Below, piece by piece: positions 20,092 to 28,861 of a stretch of DNA of 54,861 bases. A program made the position numbers and the translations under genes. The DNA comes from Ignavibacteria bacterium (GTDB lineage: Bacteria > Bacteroidota > Ignavibacteria > Tepidaquicellales > OLB5). The notes under the pieces are model-generated. The model saw nothing but the letters and a program-made list of their open reading frames with translations, had not been told where the DNA came from and did no database searches. The DNA is taken from assembly GCA_039933555.1 (NCBI GenBank), contig JBDTNV010000004.1:1-54861 (forward strand), in the 5' to 3' direction. The number at the start of each line of letters is the position of its first letter. The first letter of the stretch is position 1.

Positions 20092-20209
20092 AATATTATG
20101 TTTAGAGGGCTTGTAATTAGCGGTTTATGGATGGTTTCTTTACCTATTTAAGCCTAATTATGCTAATATTGTTCCCAAATTGCAAGATAAATTATACAGG
20201 CTGAAAAAC

Positions 20210-20338
20210 TTTGGATTGCAACAACTGCGCCTGTCCGGCATTGACGTTGTTGATGCTTGTATTGACAACATAAATTCGGGCATACAAACTCCAAGAAAAT
20301 CCCATTTACCCGTTGATTGTTTCAAGAACAGCAACGGG
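20210..20338 (+). other. Candidate structured non-coding element (two imperfect hairpins)
   Basis: Rod 20210-20295 with three nested stems; second hairpin CCCGTTG...CAACGGG at 20309-20338. Confidence 0.45.
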
Positions 20339-20416
20339 AAAGCGAGAATAATAATTTAATAATTATTATATTCGCATTACTAAATAAATAAGATTAATAA
20401 GAGCAGGTGAATTAAT

Positions 20417-21013
20417 ATGAGAAAAATAATCGTCTTATCTATGATCACATTAGATGGAGTTATGCAGGCGCCGGGTGGACCTGAAGAAGATGAATCAGGC
20501 TTATTCAAATATGGCGGCTGGGTTGCGCCTTATGGTGACAAAGTTTATGGCAGAGTAGTTAAAAGTGAACTGAAGCCTGCAGAATATCTTTTGGGAAGAA
20601 AAACTTTTGAGATTTGGGAGTCATACTGGCCTAAACATGCTGACTTTTGGCTCGGAATCAATAACGGCACAAAATATGTCTTATCCAAAACCAGAAAAAA
20701 ATCAGATTGGAAAAACTCGGTTTTCCTTGGTAGCATGGCGGCTCTTAAAAAGTTAAAGAGATCAAAAGGTTCTGATATCCATGTTTGGGGAAGTAGTAAG
20801 CTTGTTCATTTGCTCCTTAAGAATGATCTGGTGGATGAGTTAAGGCTTAAAATTCATCCGCTTGTTCTAGGCAAAGGGAAAAAGCTATTTGATAGCGCCA
20901 TCATTCCCGCTGCATTTAAATTAACAATGAGTACTGTTACAACAACCGGAGTTATTATTGCTTATTACAGGCGGGCAGGAAAAGTTAAGTCAGGTACGGT
21001 TGGAGTTAAATAG
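20417..21013 (+). CDS. Dihydrofolate reductase-like (RibD C-terminal) family protein
   Basis: MRKII..ITLDGVMQAPGGPEED, LLGRKTF, WGSSKL, LVDELRL.IHP.VLGKGK. Confidence 0.9.
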   Translation: MRKIIVLSMITLDGVMQAPGGPEEDESGLFKYGGWVAPYGDKVYGRVVKSELKPAEYLLGRKTFEIWESYWPKHADFWLGINNGTKYVLSKTRKKSDWKNSVFLGSMAALKKLKRSKGSDIHVWGSSKLVHLLLKNDLVDELRLKIHPLVLGKGKKLFDSAIIPAAFKLTMSTVTTTGVIIAYYRRAGKVKSGTVGVK

Positions 21014-21094
21014 AAATAAAAGAGAAGACAAACGGCAAGAAAAAAAATAATAAAATTAAATAAGTTTATTTTTGAAAATTTAATCTGATATACC

Positions 21095-21571
21095 ATGAAA
21101 CGGACAACATTAACCATAACAATAATAGCTGTTTCTTTTTTGTTTGGTTTTGCTTTCAATAATATAATATCAAATAATACTAAAAATACAAAAATGAAAA
21201 AAGTAACAGGCATTGGCGGAATTTTCTTCAAAAGCAAAGATCCAAAAGCAATTAACGAATGGTATAAAACGCGCCTTGGGTTTGAGACAAGTCCATATGG
21301 AACAACTTTTGAATGGCGTGAATTGGATGACAGTACAAAAAAGGGAACTACAGTGTGGAATCCGTTTAAAGAAGATACTAAATATTTTGAACCTTCAACA
21401 AAAGATTTTATGATAAACTACAGGGTAGAGAATTTAGAAGCATTGGTTGAAGAATTAAAAAAAGAAAATGTGACTATCGTAGATACAATTGAGACATATG
21501 ATTACGGGAAATTTGTTCATATTTTAGATATTGAAGGTAATAAAATTGAATTGTGGGAGCCTATTGGTTAG
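21095..21571 (+). CDS. VOC (glyoxalase) family protein
   Basis: KVTGIGGIFFK, FMINYRV, YGKF...D.EGNKIELWEP; possible leader or alternative start at MKKVTG. Confidence 0.9.
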   Translation: MKRTTLTITIIAVSFLFGFAFNNIISNNTKNTKMKKVTGIGGIFFKSKDPKAINEWYKTRLGFETSPYGTTFEWRELDDSTKKGTTVWNPFKEDTKYFEPSTKDFMINYRVENLEALVEELKKENVTIVDTIETYDYGKFVHILDIEGNKIELWEPIG

Positions 21572-21648
21572 ATTATTATAATTTTCCGAATTGCATAGCA
21601 CATTTTTAATAGATATCCATATCATGAATTGAAAACCACGTTTCAAAC

Positions 21649-21676
21649 TTGTCGTATTCAGCCACTTAGATTGTCG
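21649..21676 (+). promoter_or_regulatory. Direct repeat TTGTCG spaced 22 bp; putative activator site
   Basis: TTGTCG at 21649 and 21671, upstream of the 21761 gene. Confidence 0.35.
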
Positions 21677-21760
21677 CTTTTACACCTCGATAGAACGATC
21701 TTTTTTAGCGAGATTTGTACTGTAACTAAACTTAATTTAACAAATTAAAAAGTAAGATTT

Positions 21761-22195
21761 ATGGCAACAATCAATCCGCATATTCACTTCAACGGTAATG
21801 CCGAAGAAGTATTCACATTTTACAGATCTGTATTTGGCGGGGAGTTCGCAAAGGTCATGCGTTATAAGGATATATCAAGCACCGAATATCCGGTAGCAGA
21901 AAATGATGCCAATAGGATCATGCACATTACCTTGCCCATCGGCAAAGGCAGTGTGTTAATGGGCAGTGACTGCTTAGGAATTATGGGACAGGTAACAGAA
22001 AACGACAACAGAAATACTATATCAATTAGTGCAGAAAGCCGGGAAGAAGCCGATAGATTATTCAATGGTCTATCAGCAGGAGGTAAAGTTGAAATGCCAA
22101 TTGCAGACGGCCCTTTGGGTGCTTACTTTGGAATGTTTGCTGATAAATATGGCATTGAATGGATGGTAGACTTTGACCCAAAAAATAATGGGTAA
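21761..22195 (+). CDS. VOC family protein, PhnB-like
   Basis: INPHIHFNGNAEE..FY.SVFGG, IMHI.L, LMGSD, FADKYGIEWMV. Confidence 0.9.
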   Translation: MATINPHIHFNGNAEEVFTFYRSVFGGEFAKVMRYKDISSTEYPVAENDANRIMHITLPIGKGSVLMGSDCLGIMGQVTENDNRNTISISAESREEADRLFNGLSAGGKVEMPIADGPLGAYFGMFADKYGIEWMVDFDPKNNG

Positions 22196-22261
22196 AAGTA
22201 ACCGAAGAAAAACTATGGACATCTAAACGTGCGGTAAACTTGAAAGGACCTATATAAACAA

Positions 22262-22285
22262 GATATCTGCCTGCGCAGGTATGAC
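22262..22285. repeat. REP-like palindrome
   Basis: Minus strand GTCATACCTGCGCAGGCAGATATC; plus-strand hairpin ATATCTGC-ctgc-GCAGGTAT with a GTCA foot. Confidence 0.6.
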
Positions 22286-22298
22286 AAATTAAAAAAAT

Positions 22299-22327
22299 CT
22301 TCGTGCTCTTAGTGTCTTAGTTGTTAA
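22299..22327. repeat. Solo 8/9-nt periodic repeat
   Basis: CTTCGTGCT CTTAGTGT CTTAGTTG, close to the DUF4159 stop codon. Confidence 0.6.
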
Positions 22328-22334
22328 AGAGTTT

Positions 22335-23015
22335 CTAGTTATTCAGTACATATACAATAATATTAGTACCCATCTTAAACGATTCTTCGCGTTTTTCGGG
22401 GGGATCTTCATGTTCACGCGGTTCTGCCCATCCATCGGAAATGTTTGTCTCATATGTATAATAAACGCAGAGCCTTCCGTTTAGAAAATAGCCGAAGCCC
22501 TGCGGAGGTTTGCCGTCATGCTCATGTATCTTAGGCAGCCCGTTTGGAAAGCTGAATTGTGAATTGTAAATTTTGTGATCAAAGGGCAGTTCCTGCATTT
22601 TCTGGTCAGGGAAAACTTTATCCATTTCACGCCTGAAAGCTTTATCCATACCATAATCGTCATCAGCATATAAAAATCCGCCCTTATCAAGATACTCCCT
22701 AAGGCGCTTTACCTCTGTATCGCTGAAAGAAATATTACCGTGTCCTGTAATTAATATAAAAGGGAAGTTGAAAATATCATCTGAGGAAATATCGACCGAA
22801 TAGAATTTTGATTCGTCAACATCAACTGTAGTATTTTTCTTCAGGTAATCCATCATGTTTACTTCTGCCGAAGGGTCGTTGTACCAATCACCCCCGCCGG
22901 AGTATTTGAGGCGCACTATTTTGAATGATGAAGAGAGCTTATTAATACCATCATTCTGTCCGTATGATATGGAAACTAAAAAGAGGGCGATCAGTATATT
23001 TAAAAGTAATTTCAT
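22335..23015 (-). CDS. DUF4159 domain-containing protein
   Basis: Signal peptide, GGGDWY, TGHGN, GGFLYADDDYG, GLPKIHEHDGK, SDGW. Confidence 0.9.
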   Translation of the reverse strand: MKLLLNILIALFLVSISYGQNDGINKLSSSFKIVRLKYSGGGDWYNDPSAEVNMMDYLKKNTTVDVDESKFYSVDISSDDIFNFPFILITGHGNISFSDTEVKRLREYLDKGGFLYADDDYGMDKAFRREMDKVFPDQKMQELPFDHKIYNSQFSFPNGLPKIHEHDGKPPQGFGYFLNGRLCVYYTYETNISDGWAEPREHEDPPEKREESFKMGTNIIVYVLNN

Positions 23016-23064
23016 TTACTCAGGTATTAACAAATTGATGTTATAAATAAATCCATATTAACAC

Positions 23065-23586
23065 TTAAATTATCTTTTTCATTCTTATAGTTGAGCGCGA
23101 AAGGAAATGTCCGCCTGCTTCGCCCCATGAATAGTTGTAGCCTAAATCGCCGTCATCCCAAAGTTCAATAGTAATTTCTTCCCTGAAAACATTGTTATCC
23201 TTAGGTTCGCCAAACCCGAAAATAAAAAGGCAATGTTTTGCTGAAACCTGACGGAATCTTCTCAGTTCAAATCTTGCCATGGTGCCGATATTGTTGTTGA
23301 GCGTCCACAGGGTGAGCTTGTTTTCGCTATCATTGCATATTAAGGTATACTCTTCGTTATATAATATAGTTTCATGGTTATAAAGAGTAGTATCTTTATT
23401 GAATTCATTTCCTTCAATACCAACCGCTTTATATTTCAATGAAACACCCTTTTTATTTACTACAGAACGTAATTCAAGTGTCCCCTGGAAATGTTTATTT
23501 TCATGGTTAACACCCTGCCCCATATAATTGCCATCCCTTTTTGTAAGGATATCAAGCAGGTTTATTTTTTTACTCTTAGCCGGCAT
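23065..23586 (-). CDS. Hypothetical protein (probable beta-barrel)
   Basis: 173 aa ORF in operon context; alternating beta-strand pattern. Confidence 0.65.
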   Translation of the reverse strand: MPAKSKKINLLDILTKRDGNYMGQGVNHENKHFQGTLELRSVVNKKGVSLKYKAVGIEGNEFNKDTTLYNHETILYNEEYTLICNDSENKLTLWTLNNNIGTMARFELRRFRQVSAKHCLFIFGFGEPKDNNVFREEITIELWDDGDLGYNYSWGEAGGHFLSRSTIRMKKII

Positions 23587-23606
23587 CCAGTTTCACTTAT
23601 CCTCTA

Positions 23607-24188
23607 TTACTTATCTTTTATTTTTTCCCATTCATCAAACAGAATGCTGTACAGTTTCAGGTCATGGTATTCGCCTTTTGCAAATAGTTTTTTTCTCATA
23701 ATGCCCTCATAAGTTAGTCCGCATTTTGACATAACACGCTCAGAAGCTGTGTTTGCCAGTTTGCATGTCGCTTCAATGCGATTGAGCCTCATTCTTTCAA
23801 ATCCAAACCTGATTACTTCCTTAAATGCCTCTGTTACATACCCTTTATTCCAGAAATCTTTAGAAAGGGCGTAACCAACTTCACCAAACTTGTTGGGCAA
23901 AGACCATACATGATACCCTATGGTACCAATTAACTTCCCGAGATCTTTATGAATTATCCCCCACGGACTTGGCAGGCCTTCTTCATACTGCTGGGTAATG
24001 AATCTGAGATAATGCATTGAGTCTGAAATGTTTCGATGGTAGTCCCATGTAACGTGCTCTGCAACTTCAGGCACCGATGCATATTCATACACATCGCCTG
24101 CATCACGCATTGAAAGCTTTCTAAGCCTCAGGCGGTCTGTTTCAAGTACAGGCATACTCTTAAATATTTCGAAAGATCTATCTGTCAT
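23607..24188 (-). CDS. GNAT N-acetyltransferase, RimJ/RimL family
   Basis: LETDRLRLR, EVGYAL..FWNKGY.TEA, N.AS.RV..KCG..YEG. Confidence 0.9.
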   Translation of the reverse strand: MTDRSFEIFKSMPVLETDRLRLRKLSMRDAGDVYEYASVPEVAEHVTWDYHRNISDSMHYLRFITQQYEEGLPSPWGIIHKDLGKLIGTIGYHVWSLPNKFGEVGYALSKDFWNKGYVTEAFKEVIRFGFERMRLNRIEATCKLANTASERVMSKCGLTYEGIMRKKLFAKGEYHDLKLYSILFDEWEKIKDK

Positions 24189-24356
24189 TTTATCATTGTA
24201 AGATTACAAATTTATCTTAAAAAGCTTTTATATGATAGGAAAATACTATTACTCAAAATAGACATATTATTTAACTTTATACTAATAAATCCTGTTATTT
24301 GATGGGATTGTAATTTGAAACAGATATGAGTAATTTTGATTTTATATCAAAATAAT

Positions 24357-25082
24357 ATGCCTGAAAAATACATAGAATTAAAGAAAGTCTACGAAGGTAA
24401 AGCAAAAAAGCTTTACTCGTTAAAGGGGCATCAGGACCTGTTATTGCAGGAATTTAAAGATGATGCAACTGCTTTTAATGCTCAGAAAAAGGGCAAGATC
24501 TTAAACAAAGGTATTATAAATTGCGAGCTTACAACTTTCATTTTTACTTACCTGCGCAAAAAAGGGGTAAAGAATCATTTTGTTAAGCAGATATCGTCCA
24601 ATGAAATGATAATCAAACGTTTGAAAATTGTTCCGATAGAAGTTGTTATCAGGAATATCGCCGCAGGCAGCTTGCTTAAGAAAACAAAGTTTAAAGAAGG
24701 GCACCAGCTTGCAAAACCGATTGTTGAGTTCTATTACAAGGATGACGCATTGGGTGACCCGATGATTAGTGATTCACACGCGCTGGCTATGAAAATTGCT
24801 ACGGAAAAAGATTTGAAAACCCTGAAACAAATGGCAGAGAAAATTAATTCAATACTTAAGCCATTCTTTTTGAAGAGGGGATTAAAGCTTGTTGATTTTA
24901 AGCTGGAGTTCGGCAAGGATAGGACCGGGAAGATCATGCTTGGTGATGAAATTACTCCGGATACATGCAGGCTTTGGGATAAGAAAACAAATAAGAAGCT
25001 TGATAAAGACCGCTTCAGGTTCGATCTTGGCGGCGTGAACGAAGCGTATGCAGAAGTAAGAAAACGCATCTTAGGAAAGTAA
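24357..25082 (+). CDS. purC: SAICAR synthase
   Basis: YEGKAK, FKDDATAFN, PIEVVIRNIAAGS, LVDFKLEFG, DEITPDTCRLWD, LDKDRFR; ATG 24357 preferred over TTG 24336. Confidence 0.97.
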   Translation: MPEKYIELKKVYEGKAKKLYSLKGHQDLLLQEFKDDATAFNAQKKGKILNKGIINCELTTFIFTYLRKKGVKNHFVKQISSNEMIIKRLKIVPIEVVIRNIAAGSLLKKTKFKEGHQLAKPIVEFYYKDDALGDPMISDSHALAMKIATEKDLKTLKQMAEKINSILKPFFLKRGLKLVDFKLEFGKDRTGKIMLGDEITPDTCRLWDKKTNKKLDKDRFRFDLGGVNEAYAEVRKRILGK

Positions 25083-25098
25083 TTTAGGCAGAGAAAAC

Positions 25099-25758
25099 TT
25101 GAGACTTACAATATACGGGAGAAGTACGGTTATTAAAGCGCTTATATTAACCCTGGCACTGGATGTAACCGCTCTTTTGATACCCAATGAGATTGCTAAA
25201 TTGGTACTGCTGGTTTTATCGGTAATTCTCATATCATTTACTTTATATTTTTTCCGTGACCCTGCCCGAGATATCCCGGCTGAGCTCAATAGCGGAGATG
25301 TCCTTTCACCAGCCGATGGCAGAGTAATGATGATAGAAGAGGTTGAAGAAAATGAATTCCTAAAAGCTCCTGCAAAGGTCATAGGTATTTTCCTTTCCCC
25401 TTTGAATGTTCACGTTAACAGGGTGCCAATATCAGGCACAGTAAAGTTTTACCAGTACATTAAGGGTGAGTTCATTGCTGCATATGACCACAACTCTGCT
25501 GATAAGAATGAAAGAACAGTAATAGGCATTGAAGGTGAGAGATTCAAAGTACTCTTCAAACAGATAACGGGCTTTGTTGCAAGAAGGATAGTTTGTGAAT
25601 TGAGAGTAGGAGATAAAGTAAAAATTGGCGAAAAATTCGGAATGATAAAGTTCGGCTCAAGGACTGATGTTATTCTACCAAGGAACGCGAATATTAAAGT
25701 GAGTGTAAACCAGAAAGTAACGGGCGGAATAACCCTTCTAGCGGAGGTACCGGAATAA
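25099..25758 (+). CDS. psd: Phosphatidylserine decarboxylase proenzyme
   Basis: FFRDP, SPADG, IFLSPLNVHVNR, NER, KFGSRTD self-cleavage site; TTG start. Confidence 0.93.
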   Translation: MRLTIYGRSTVIKALILTLALDVTALLIPNEIAKLVLLVLSVILISFTLYFFRDPARDIPAELNSGDVLSPADGRVMMIEEVEENEFLKAPAKVIGIFLSPLNVHVNRVPISGTVKFYQYIKGEFIAAYDHNSADKNERTVIGIEGERFKVLFKQITGFVARRIVCELRVGDKVKIGEKFGMIKFGSRTDVILPRNANIKVSVNQKVTGGITLLAEVPE

Positions 25759-25759
25759 T

Positions 25760-26527
25760 TTGAAGAACCGCATGGGATTTATACCTAGCTTATTTACAGT
25801 ACTGAACCTGTTCTGCGGTTTTATGTCCATTATTAATGCTGATTCAAAGAATTTTGAACAGGCAAGCTTGTTCATACTATATGCCGGTTTGTTCGATATG
25901 TTCGATGGTGTGGTTGCGAGATTTACAGGTACTTCATCAAAATTTGGCGTAGAGCTTGATTCACTGGCTGATCTTGTTTCATTTGGGGTAGCCCCTTCAT
26001 TTATACTATATAAAGTGTTCTTCTATACTCTCGATGGATTCGGTATCGCCATGGCATCGCTCATTATGATATTCGGCGCGATAAGGCTCGCAAGGTTTAA
26101 CGCTCAGCTTGTCGGGTTCGATAAGAGCTATTTCAGCGGAGTTCCCGTGCCAATTCCTGGCGTAACAGTTTCTTCTTTTATACTCTATTACTATAATAAG
26201 AATTTTAATTCCGGCGTAAGTGAAGTGCTGATCTATTGTATAGCCATCATACTTCCGTTCCTTATGGTTAGTAAATTCAAGTATGATACAACTCCTAAGT
26301 TTAACAAAAGGGAAGTAAAAGAGCATCCGGTTAAAACAGTTATTGTCATACTTTCTGTTCTGCTAATAGCCGTTACCAAAGGTGAGGGGCTGTTTGCTTT
26401 CTGTATGTTCTATATAAGCACGGGGATCTTCCGCAGTACCAAAAACCAGATCAAACGACTTGCTTCAGGCAAGAAAATATCCAGCCATGAAACGGATGAG
26501 AATCTAAAGCTAAAAGAATCGAATTAA
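25760..26527 (+). CDS. pssA: CDP-diacylglycerol--serine O-phosphatidyltransferase
   Basis: D..DG.VAR...S.FG.ELDSLADLVSFGVAP, RLARFN; adjacent to psd. Confidence 0.93.
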   Translation: MKNRMGFIPSLFTVLNLFCGFMSIINADSKNFEQASLFILYAGLFDMFDGVVARFTGTSSKFGVELDSLADLVSFGVAPSFILYKVFFYTLDGFGIAMASLIMIFGAIRLARFNAQLVGFDKSYFSGVPVPIPGVTVSSFILYYYNKNFNSGVSEVLIYCIAIILPFLMVSKFKYDTTPKFNKREVKEHPVKTVIVILSVLLIAVTKGEGLFAFCMFYISTGIFRSTKNQIKRLASGKKISSHETDENLKLKESN

Positions 26528-26531
26528 TTAT

Positions 26532-27716
26532 TTAACCCAAGATTTCTTTTAAACCTTTAACAAACCCATCAATATCACTTTCTTTGTTAAACCTGCCAAA
26601 TGATATTCTTAACGAGGATTTTGCCGCCTTATCGTCGCAGCCAATAGCTTTTAAGACATGTGATGGCTGTATGGAGCCTGATGTGCATGCTGAACCTGAG
26701 GAAACTGCGATATTTTTCATATCAAGTTTTATGAGTATGGTGTCCGCATCAATATTTGTTGTTTCTGGATTGAAAGAAATATTAACAATATTTGGAAGTA
26801 ATACATCGCCCTGCTTCGCATTACCCATCTCAAGAGGGGAATCACTATCGGGTGAATTTAGGATTATTTTTTCCATCAAATTATACTTCAATTCCTTTAA
26901 TAGTCTTTCTCTTAATCTACAATAGCGCTTAATATCATTTTCCATCCCGTTCTTCAATATCTCAATGGCTTTCTTAAATCCTGCAATTGCCGGAATATTT
27001 TCTGTACCTCCGCGCCTGTCCCGCTCCTGCTTGCCCCCGTGCATAAATTTATCAATATGTGTATCTTTCTTTACATAAAGTACTCCTAATCCTTTAGGCG
27101 CATATATTTTGTGCGCTGAAAATGAAGCGAGGTCAGGATTGAAATCGTTTATTCTGAATGGTGTTTTACCCAGGCTCTGAACGGCATCTGTATGAAAATA
27201 AATATCCCGGCTATGAGCCATTCCTGCAATCCGGGAAATATCATTGATCACACCCAGCTCATTATTTGAGTGCATGACTGAGATCAAACAGGTGTTTTCC
27301 GTGATGGAGTCTTTCAGTTCATCAACGCTGATCTCTCCATACCGGTTAACTTTCAGGTAAGTGATCTTAAAGCCAAAGCGTGCATGTAAATATTCAACGG
27401 TATCCAATACGGCGGAGTGTTCAATTGCCGTGGTGATAATATGATCCTTCTTTCGGAGATTATTAAATGCGACACCTTTTATTGCGGAGTTGTTTGATTC
27501 AGTGCCTCCTGATGTAAAATATATCTCAGAAGATTTTGCGCCTATGAAATCAGCAAACAGGTCCCTGGTATCTTCAAGCATTACCTTTGCATCACGCCCG
27601 GTTTTGTGTATTGAAGAAGGGTTGCCAAAATTATCACCAAGCCATGGTAACATTGCTTCGGTTACTCTTGGGTCAATTGGAGTTGTAGCCGCATTATCTA
27701 AATATATTATGCTCAT
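26532..27716 (-). CDS. iscS: Cysteine desulfurase (IscS/NifS family)
   Basis: YLDNAATT, GNPSS, FTSGGTES, SAHK (PLP lysine), RGGTEN, SSGSACTS; start set at ATG 27716, just downstream of TAACTTTG box (27723-27730). Confidence 0.9.
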   Translation of the reverse strand: MSIIYLDNAATTPIDPRVTEAMLPWLGDNFGNPSSIHKTGRDAKVMLEDTRDLFADFIGAKSSEIYFTSGGTESNNSAIKGVAFNNLRKKDHIITTAIEHSAVLDTVEYLHARFGFKITYLKVNRYGEISVDELKDSITENTCLISVMHSNNELGVINDISRIAGMAHSRDIYFHTDAVQSLGKTPFRINDFNPDLASFSAHKIYAPKGLGVLYVKKDTHIDKFMHGGKQERDRRGGTENIPAIAGFKKAIEILKNGMENDIKRYCRLRERLLKELKYNLMEKIILNSPDSDSPLEMGNAKQGDVLLPNIVNISFNPETTNIDADTILIKLDMKNIAVSSGSACTSGSIQPSHVLKAIGCDDKAAKSSLRISFGRFNKESDIDGFVKGLKEILG

Positions 27717-27722
27717 AAGATG

Positions 27723-27819
27723 CAAAGTTACCTGAAAATTTCCCGCCCTTCAATTCAATTTGCAGAACGATAGCCATGCGAAACTTCGTGGCACTAAAAA
27801 ATATTTTAAACTATCTTTG
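27723..27819. promoter_or_regulatory. Divergent promoter pair (iscS / pyrD) with a near-palindrome between them
   Basis: TAACTTTG (minus, 27723-27730), TATCTTTG (plus, 27812-27819), TTCGTGGCACTAA (27785-27797). Confidence 0.6.
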
Positions 27820-27826
27820 TAGTATA

Positions 27827-28861
27827 ATGTACAAAAAGATCATCAAACCGCTGTTATTTGATTACGACCCTGAAAAAGTTCATAATTTTACAATAAACAG
27901 GCTCTCAGGAAGTTTATTTCCAGCAATTCTGAAGCTCTTTTTAAGCTTTGAGGATAAAAAGCTTGAAACCAAGGCTGGCAGGCTGACTTTCCGGAACCCT
28001 ATCGGGCTTGCTGCGGGGATGGATAAAAATGCAACTGCGCTGGGGGGTTGGGACGCAATGGGCTTTGGTTTCGCTGAAGCAGGAACCGTTACACCACTGC
28101 CGCAGGAGGGCAACGAAAAGCCGAGGATGTTCCGCCTGCCGGAATACGGCGCAGTCATTAACAGGCTGGGATTCAATAACGATGGTGCTGACCGTTTTGA
28201 AAAGAACCTTGAAGCCATAAGAGATAAATTAAGCAAAGATTTTATTGTTGGTGTTAATATTGGTAAGAACAAACACACAGAGCTTGATGACGCTTACCAG
28301 GATTATAAATTCTCGTTTGAAAAATGTTTTGAATCAGCGGATTATTTTACAATAAATGTAAGCTCTCCAAATACTGAAGGACTGAGGCAGCTTCAGCAGA
28401 AAAAATTTCTGGATGAAATACTGAGGCATTTGCAGAAACTAAATAGTGAGCTTGATACAACATATTCAGATACTGCAAAAGATATTTATCTGAAGATAGC
28501 CCCTGACCTGAGCGAAACTGAGCTTGATGATATACTGCAGGTATCAATTGATAACGGAATTACAGGGATCATTGCTACGAACACTACAATTTCCAGGGAA
28601 ACCCTTCCCGAAGGAAAATATGAAAGCGGGGGACTGAGCGGAAAACCGCTTGAGCCTATAGCAAATTCTGTTATAAAATATATAATTAATAAAGCAGAAG
28701 GAAAGCTTGTTGTAATTGCCTGCGGAGGGATATCATCATATGATGATGTAAAGGAAAAACTTGATCTTGGCGCTTCACTTGTGCAAATATATACAGGGTT
28801 GATATATGAGGGACCCGGATTAATAAAAAACCTCAAGAAAGCCCTGGCAGGAAGAAAATAA
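27827..28861 (+). CDS. pyrD: Quinone-dependent dihydroorotate dehydrogenase
   Basis: NPIGLAAGMDK, GTVTP..Q.GN.KPR, NRLGFNN, NIGKNK, NVSSPNT, KIAPDL, GGLSG; start at MYKK (27827). Confidence 0.96.
   Translation: MYKKIIKPLLFDYDPEKVHNFTINRLSGSLFPAILKLFLSFEDKKLETKAGRLTFRNPIGLAAGMDKNATALGGWDAMGFGFAEAGTVTPLPQEGNEKPRMFRLPEYGAVINRLGFNNDGADRFEKNLEAIRDKLSKDFIVGVNIGKNKHTELDDAYQDYKFSFEKCFESADYFTINVSSPNTEGLRQLQQKKFLDEILRHLQKLNSELDTTYSDTAKDIYLKIAPDLSETELDDILQVSIDNGITGIIATNTTISRETLPEGKYESGGLSGKPLEPIANSVIKYIINKAEGKLVVIACGGISSYDDVKEKLDLGASLVQIYTGLIYEGPGLIKNLKKALAGRK

Noticed and set aside
20180-20360. Short open frames (~58 codons) on both strands of the structured element
   Set aside because: No recognisable motif or clear RBS; the nested pairing explains the sequence better, though a decayed gene fragment is not excluded
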